Below are positions 60,071 through 64,000 of a DNA stretch of 64,000 nt, piece after piece (the first letter of the stretch is position 1; the number at the start of each line of letters is the position of its first letter). Where the stretch lies: contig JAUCBJ010008828.1 of the NCBI GenBank assembly GCA_032718475.1, forward strand, positions 1-64,000, read 5' to 3'. This DNA is from Nemertoderma westbladi. Lineage: Eukaryota; Animalia; Xenacoelomorpha. The position numbers and the translations under genes are program-made. Below the pieces are notes generated by a model, which did no database searches, had not been told where the DNA came from, and saw only the letters and a program-made list of their open reading frames with translations.

Positions 60071-61425
60071 GAATGGTCTGTACGCGTAGCGTAATATTTA
60101 TTATTCAGAGTTTATGCGATTATTCGCAACATTCATATCCCCAAGATTATTCCTACAGTAATTGTGTTTGTTATACATACCGTTATAGTTAAACTAACCC
60201 CGGTACTATACGGGCTGCTCGGCGTAGGTAAAGACTGGTGATTTTGTGCACCGGTCACTCCAGCAGATACCGTGGTTCTTTTAGCTGTTCAAGTATTTTT
60301 AACTACTGATTATTTGTTATACAAGTACTTGTACCTAATTTAGGGTTTAGTGTACAGTACTTTCCGAAAGTAATTATTGTAGGCATTATATTTGTGTTGT
60401 AAAGTGGTTGATAGGCACATACGTTAGCTCTATTAACTTCTAGGTAGGAACACTCCGTGATACATAACGTAGTACCTATAGCGATACGGCTATAGGTCGT
60501 CAGGCGGTGGTATTTTCCTATCTGGACAGCGCAGTGTATTTACTACTACTTATTATTTTCAAATACCGTAGTAACCTGTCCGTTGTAATAACCAGATTTC
60601 TAACCCTTTGTTAGGCTGGTTTGTAGACTTCTTGTAAAATTACCCTGGAAATTCGTATTTTGTGTTTTTGTAAATTTTTGTGTTTATTTAGAGATTGTAA
60701 TCTCACCCGAATTGTACGTAATTAGTAGTATTAAGTAACTTAGGTAAATTAGCATTATTTGTTTTAGTGTCCTATAAGTAACACTTCACTGAAAGCGCAC
60801 CGCTTTGTGTAGTGATTACTCCCCAGAAATAATAACATTTATTTCAAACATTGACAAAAACCCATTTCAACGGGTATATATATATTATAAATCAACTCAA
60901 ACGATTTATAAATAGTAGGCCTGCCATACACCCATTAGGTCTCAATATCAGTTGGACTACTGCTCAAATAACGGTAATAAAGTAAGTAAAGTAACCAAGT
61001 AACCCTAAAATTCAGAAATTCAATTATTTAAAATAATTGGTATACCGGTATTTACGATAGGCCTATTATCTTTATTTCTATAAATTTTAGGTTGAAATCA
61101 TACCGGTACTCTGTAATTAATTCTAGTCTGTAATTATACTTATATATATACACTATAAGTGTAAACTGCATACCGGTATTCATGATAGGCCTATTATATA
61201 TTTATATATATTTGTGCTAAAATTACCTACCGGTATTCTGTGATAAACTAGTCTGTAATAATACTTATATATACTATAAGCATACCGGTATTCTAATATA
61301 TTATATATATCACGCTACATTGAGTAGCAGTATCGGTAATTAATTACTAGGCTAACAGTGATACTGAATTACTAGACTTGCTTTAACTGTAATATAGCAG
61401 TAGGCATTCAACTGTACCATCAAAC

Positions 61426-64000
61426 ATGTCTGACACAACCCAATCACTGTCGGATAGTCTCCTAGATAGTGTTAGAATGACTGTTAGACAGTGTCTTAAA
61501 AAGATCAGTGACCCAGATCCAAGTATAGAACATCCTAGATCCAAGTCGAAGTCACCTCCTGCTGTAAGAAAGGCCATCCCTACTGTAGTAATCTCAGACC
61601 CTAGGCTAGTCCAACATCGTAGGTCTATCATTGGCACTCGGGCCCAAGTCAAGCGGGATCAAGAAGCAGCGGAACCTCAACAACCCGCGAGCCAAGAACT
61701 TACTTCTCAACGGCCCGATAGCTCCAGTAGTTCGGATACTGTTGAGCGGACGCCCGAACGCGGAGCGAAGATGGCGGATAAGGTTTATGATGAGCGGCCA
61801 ACCTATGAAGAATCAACCGACGCCACTTCTTCTCAAGAAGAAAGCGAAGTGACAGCAGAGAAACCGCATAAGAGGGATGCCATTGACATTTATCTGTCAG
61901 ACTATCAACGTTTTTTAGGTGATGACGAGTTGAGGAGAAGGTTAGAGGGACTTAGCCCTAATAGTGAAGGAACCAAGCTTGTGTTGGATGCCATCGATGT
62001 GGAAATGAGGGCTGCGAATCAGGCTAAATTTGATGAACAACTCCGCATCACACGAGTCCAGGAAGAACAAGTAAAGAAAAAACGTATAGAAGACAGAAAG
62101 GCAGCGGCGGTAGCAGCAGCAGTGGCAGCTGCAGAAGCAGAAACAAAAGCGGCAGTAGCAGCAGCAAAAGCAGCGGCCGAAGCAGAAACAAAAGCGGCAG
62201 CGGCAGTGGCAGCGGCAGAGACAAAAGCGGCAGTAGCGGCAGCGGAGGCGGTGGCCGAAGCGGAAAGAAAAGCGGCGGAGGCAGTGGCAGAAGCCGAACG
62301 GAGAGCGACTGAAGAAACCACCCAATTAGAATTGGAAAACATTCAGGAGAATCAAGACTGCATAAATAAACAGTTAACAGCTAGTAATATGCAGATGATG
62401 AATCGATCTACTCCCAAAAGACAGGGATATACATCATCTGAGGAAGGCGATACCACCGATACTGAAGGCAAGGGAAATAGATCTCGTCTAAGTAGACGTA
62501 AAAGAACATTCCACCGTCAGAAATTGCCTGATTTGCCTCCAGCTGTTAGAAGGCAACTAAATAATACCAACTTAGGTAGTGCAGAGCCCACAGACCAAAT
62601 AATTAAAATAGAAAGACTCCCTACTATAGTAGATGAGCCTGAAATAATTAGGCCTGTTCTTGAAATCACCCCTTCGGTGATAGACACACCTGTGCTCCCT
62701 GAAACTACCTCTAAATTCCCTCTGCATAGCACTAAGCTACCTGTGCCCCGTAGAACTGCCCAGGAGACAGTTCAGGTTCTGGACCCCGAGCGAAATACTC
62801 CTGATTTGTCGCCCGTTGTCCCTCGTCCGCCCGCTACAACGTTGGCGACTCCCGCTTCGGCGGTCGAATGGGTGGACGAGAGAAGGCGGGGGATGGATCT
62901 CCTGCTCGGGCAGATGCAGGAGACTGTTCAGCAATTTAAGGGCACAGTAAGGGAAAGTAGGCTAGAGTTGCAAGAAGTGCAGCAAAGTATCGCGCTAGAA
63001 CGCGATAAATTAGTAAATACCCAAAAGGGTATACCACCACCCTCTGTAACAATGTGTCAACCTGTTAGGTCTGAAGTATCGCATGCGCAAGGTGTGGAGC
63101 CTACACGCATCTATACTGCTAGCGAAGTAGAAACTCCTATAGTGAACCCTATTAAGGGTAATTATAGACCTGTTGATAATGACATTCCCTATAGAACTGA
63201 TCATAATCCGAGAAATTTATATACCGATAACTCGATATTAAATAACACGATGGCCCAAGAAAGTTTTACGCGTCAAATGGCTAGAACCGAAGCCCGGCAA
63301 GCGGTAAAGGTGGGAGAGATCGTCAAGTTCAATGGAGATGAGATGAAATGGTTACCTTTTAATGAATATTACAAAGATAACATACAGAACTCTGTACTAT
63401 CTAATGGAGAAAAACTTAGATACCTCATCGAGTGCTTGGAAGGATCTCCCAAGTCAATGGCGTTAAAATTTATTGGACATCCAGATGGATTAAGACAAGT
63501 TTGGGATACACTAAACATCAGGTATGGTAATAGGACTAACATAGCTAGGTATTTATATGCGAAATTAATGGCGCCCCGAAAGTTTCTTAGCAGCGGGATT
63601 ATAGAGTTTTCCGATGAGATTCAGGAGATCTGTAGACAACTAGATTGGTTAGGTAAGTCTCATGAATACCAGAATTCTATGGTTGTAGGAGCCTTAGCAT
63701 CTACTTTGCCCAAGGGTGGAGTAGGTACACGCTGGGACAAGAAGGTGTTATATATGATGGAACAACAACAACGAGACCCTACCATGGCTGATCTCATGTC
63801 ATTCTTGGATAGCGAGGTGAAATTACAGCTCATAAAGCAGTCCAGAGAGAAGACAGCGGAAAGTAAGGTAAGTGAGAAACCCGTTTCTAGGAGAAGGGTA
63901 ACACCAGTATGTTATACCGACGACGGTGAAAGCCAAACTTCTCAAGGAGAGGACAGCGGGAAAGACACTGACAGATCTTATTATGTCAATAAAATGCCTA
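61426..64000 (+). CDS. BEL/Pao gag (element 2), long open frame running off the window
   Basis: ATG at 61426 (MSDTTQSLS...), Ala-rich coiled coil, then IVKFNGDEMKWLPF...LSNGEKLRYLIECLEGSPK...VWDTLNIRYGN (BEL gag core). No stop seen; absent from the ORF track because it is unterminated. Confidence 0.88.
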   Translation, partial: MSDTTQSLSDSLLDSVRMTVRQCLKKISDPDPSIEHPRSKSKSPPAVRKAIPTVVISDPRLVQHRRSIIGTRAQVKRDQEAAEPQQPASQELTSQRPDSSSSSDTVERTPERGAKMADKVYDERPTYEESTDATSSQEESEVTAEKPHKRDAIDIYLSDYQRFLGDDELRRRLEGLSPNSEGTKLVLDAIDVEMRAANQAKFDEQLRITRVQEEQVKKKRIEDRKAAAVAAAVAAAEAETKAAVAAAKAAAEAETKAAAAVAAAETKAAVAAAEAVAEAERKAAEAVAEAERRATEETTQLELENIQENQDCINKQLTASNMQMMNRSTPKRQGYTSSEEGDTTDTEGKGNRSRLSRRKRTFHRQKLPDLPPAVRRQLNNTNLGSAEPTDQIIKIERLPTIVDEPEIIRPVLEITPSVIDTPVLPETTSKFPLHSTKLPVPRRTAQETVQVLDPERNTPDLSPVVPRPPATTLATPASAVEWVDERRRGMDLLLGQMQETVQQFKGTVRESRLELQEVQQSIALERDKLVNTQKGIPPPSVTMCQPVRSEVSHAQGVEPTRIYTASEVETPIVNPIKGNYRPVDNDIPYRTDHNPRNLYTDNSILNNTMAQESFTRQMARTEARQAVKVGEIVKFNGDEMKWLPFNEYYKDNIQNSVLSNGEKLRYLIECLEGSPKSMALKFIGHPDGLRQVWDTLNIRYGNRTNIARYLYAKLMAPRKFLSSGIIEFSDEIQEICRQLDWLGKSHEYQNSMVVGALASTLPKGGVGTRWDKKVLYMMEQQQRDPTMADLMSFLDSEVKLQLIKQSREKTAESKVSEKPVSRRRVTPVCYTDDGESQTSQGEDSGKDTDRSYYVNKMP

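Overview
Repeat-rich invertebrate (metazoan) genomic DNA. 1-12 kb: a minus-strand, spliced two-HMG-box gene (HMGB/Dsp1-like, Ala/Gln-rich N-terminus). I reconstructed 5 coding exons with consistent phases. Two of its introns begin with 2-3 kb arrays of 29-bp units that are tandem copies of their own 5' splice sites, and a third donor is hit by a foldback element with a 9-bp TSD. 13-29 kb: nested retroelements (tRNA-SINE, RTE with triplicated 3' end, Gypsy relic, CR1/L2-group and RTEX-like LINEs). 29.0-43.0 kb: a young, TSD-flanked BEL/Pao LTR retrotransposon that carries an extra DEDDy 3'-5' exonuclease + triple zinc-knuckle ORF in the env position. It has no tRNA primer-binding site; the 10 nt next to its 5' LTR are instead complementary to a site inside the LTR. 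44-57 kb: tandem duplication of an intronless-looking GPI-anchored Ly6/uPAR-like gene with a shared frameshift; one copy carries an intact full-length RTE. 57.9 kb to end: a second, sequence-unrelated BEL/Pao element with the same self-complementary PBS layout. Top candidate novel system: tRNA-independent (Tf1-like) self-priming in BEL/Pao elements, possibly coupled to an element-encoded exonuclease.
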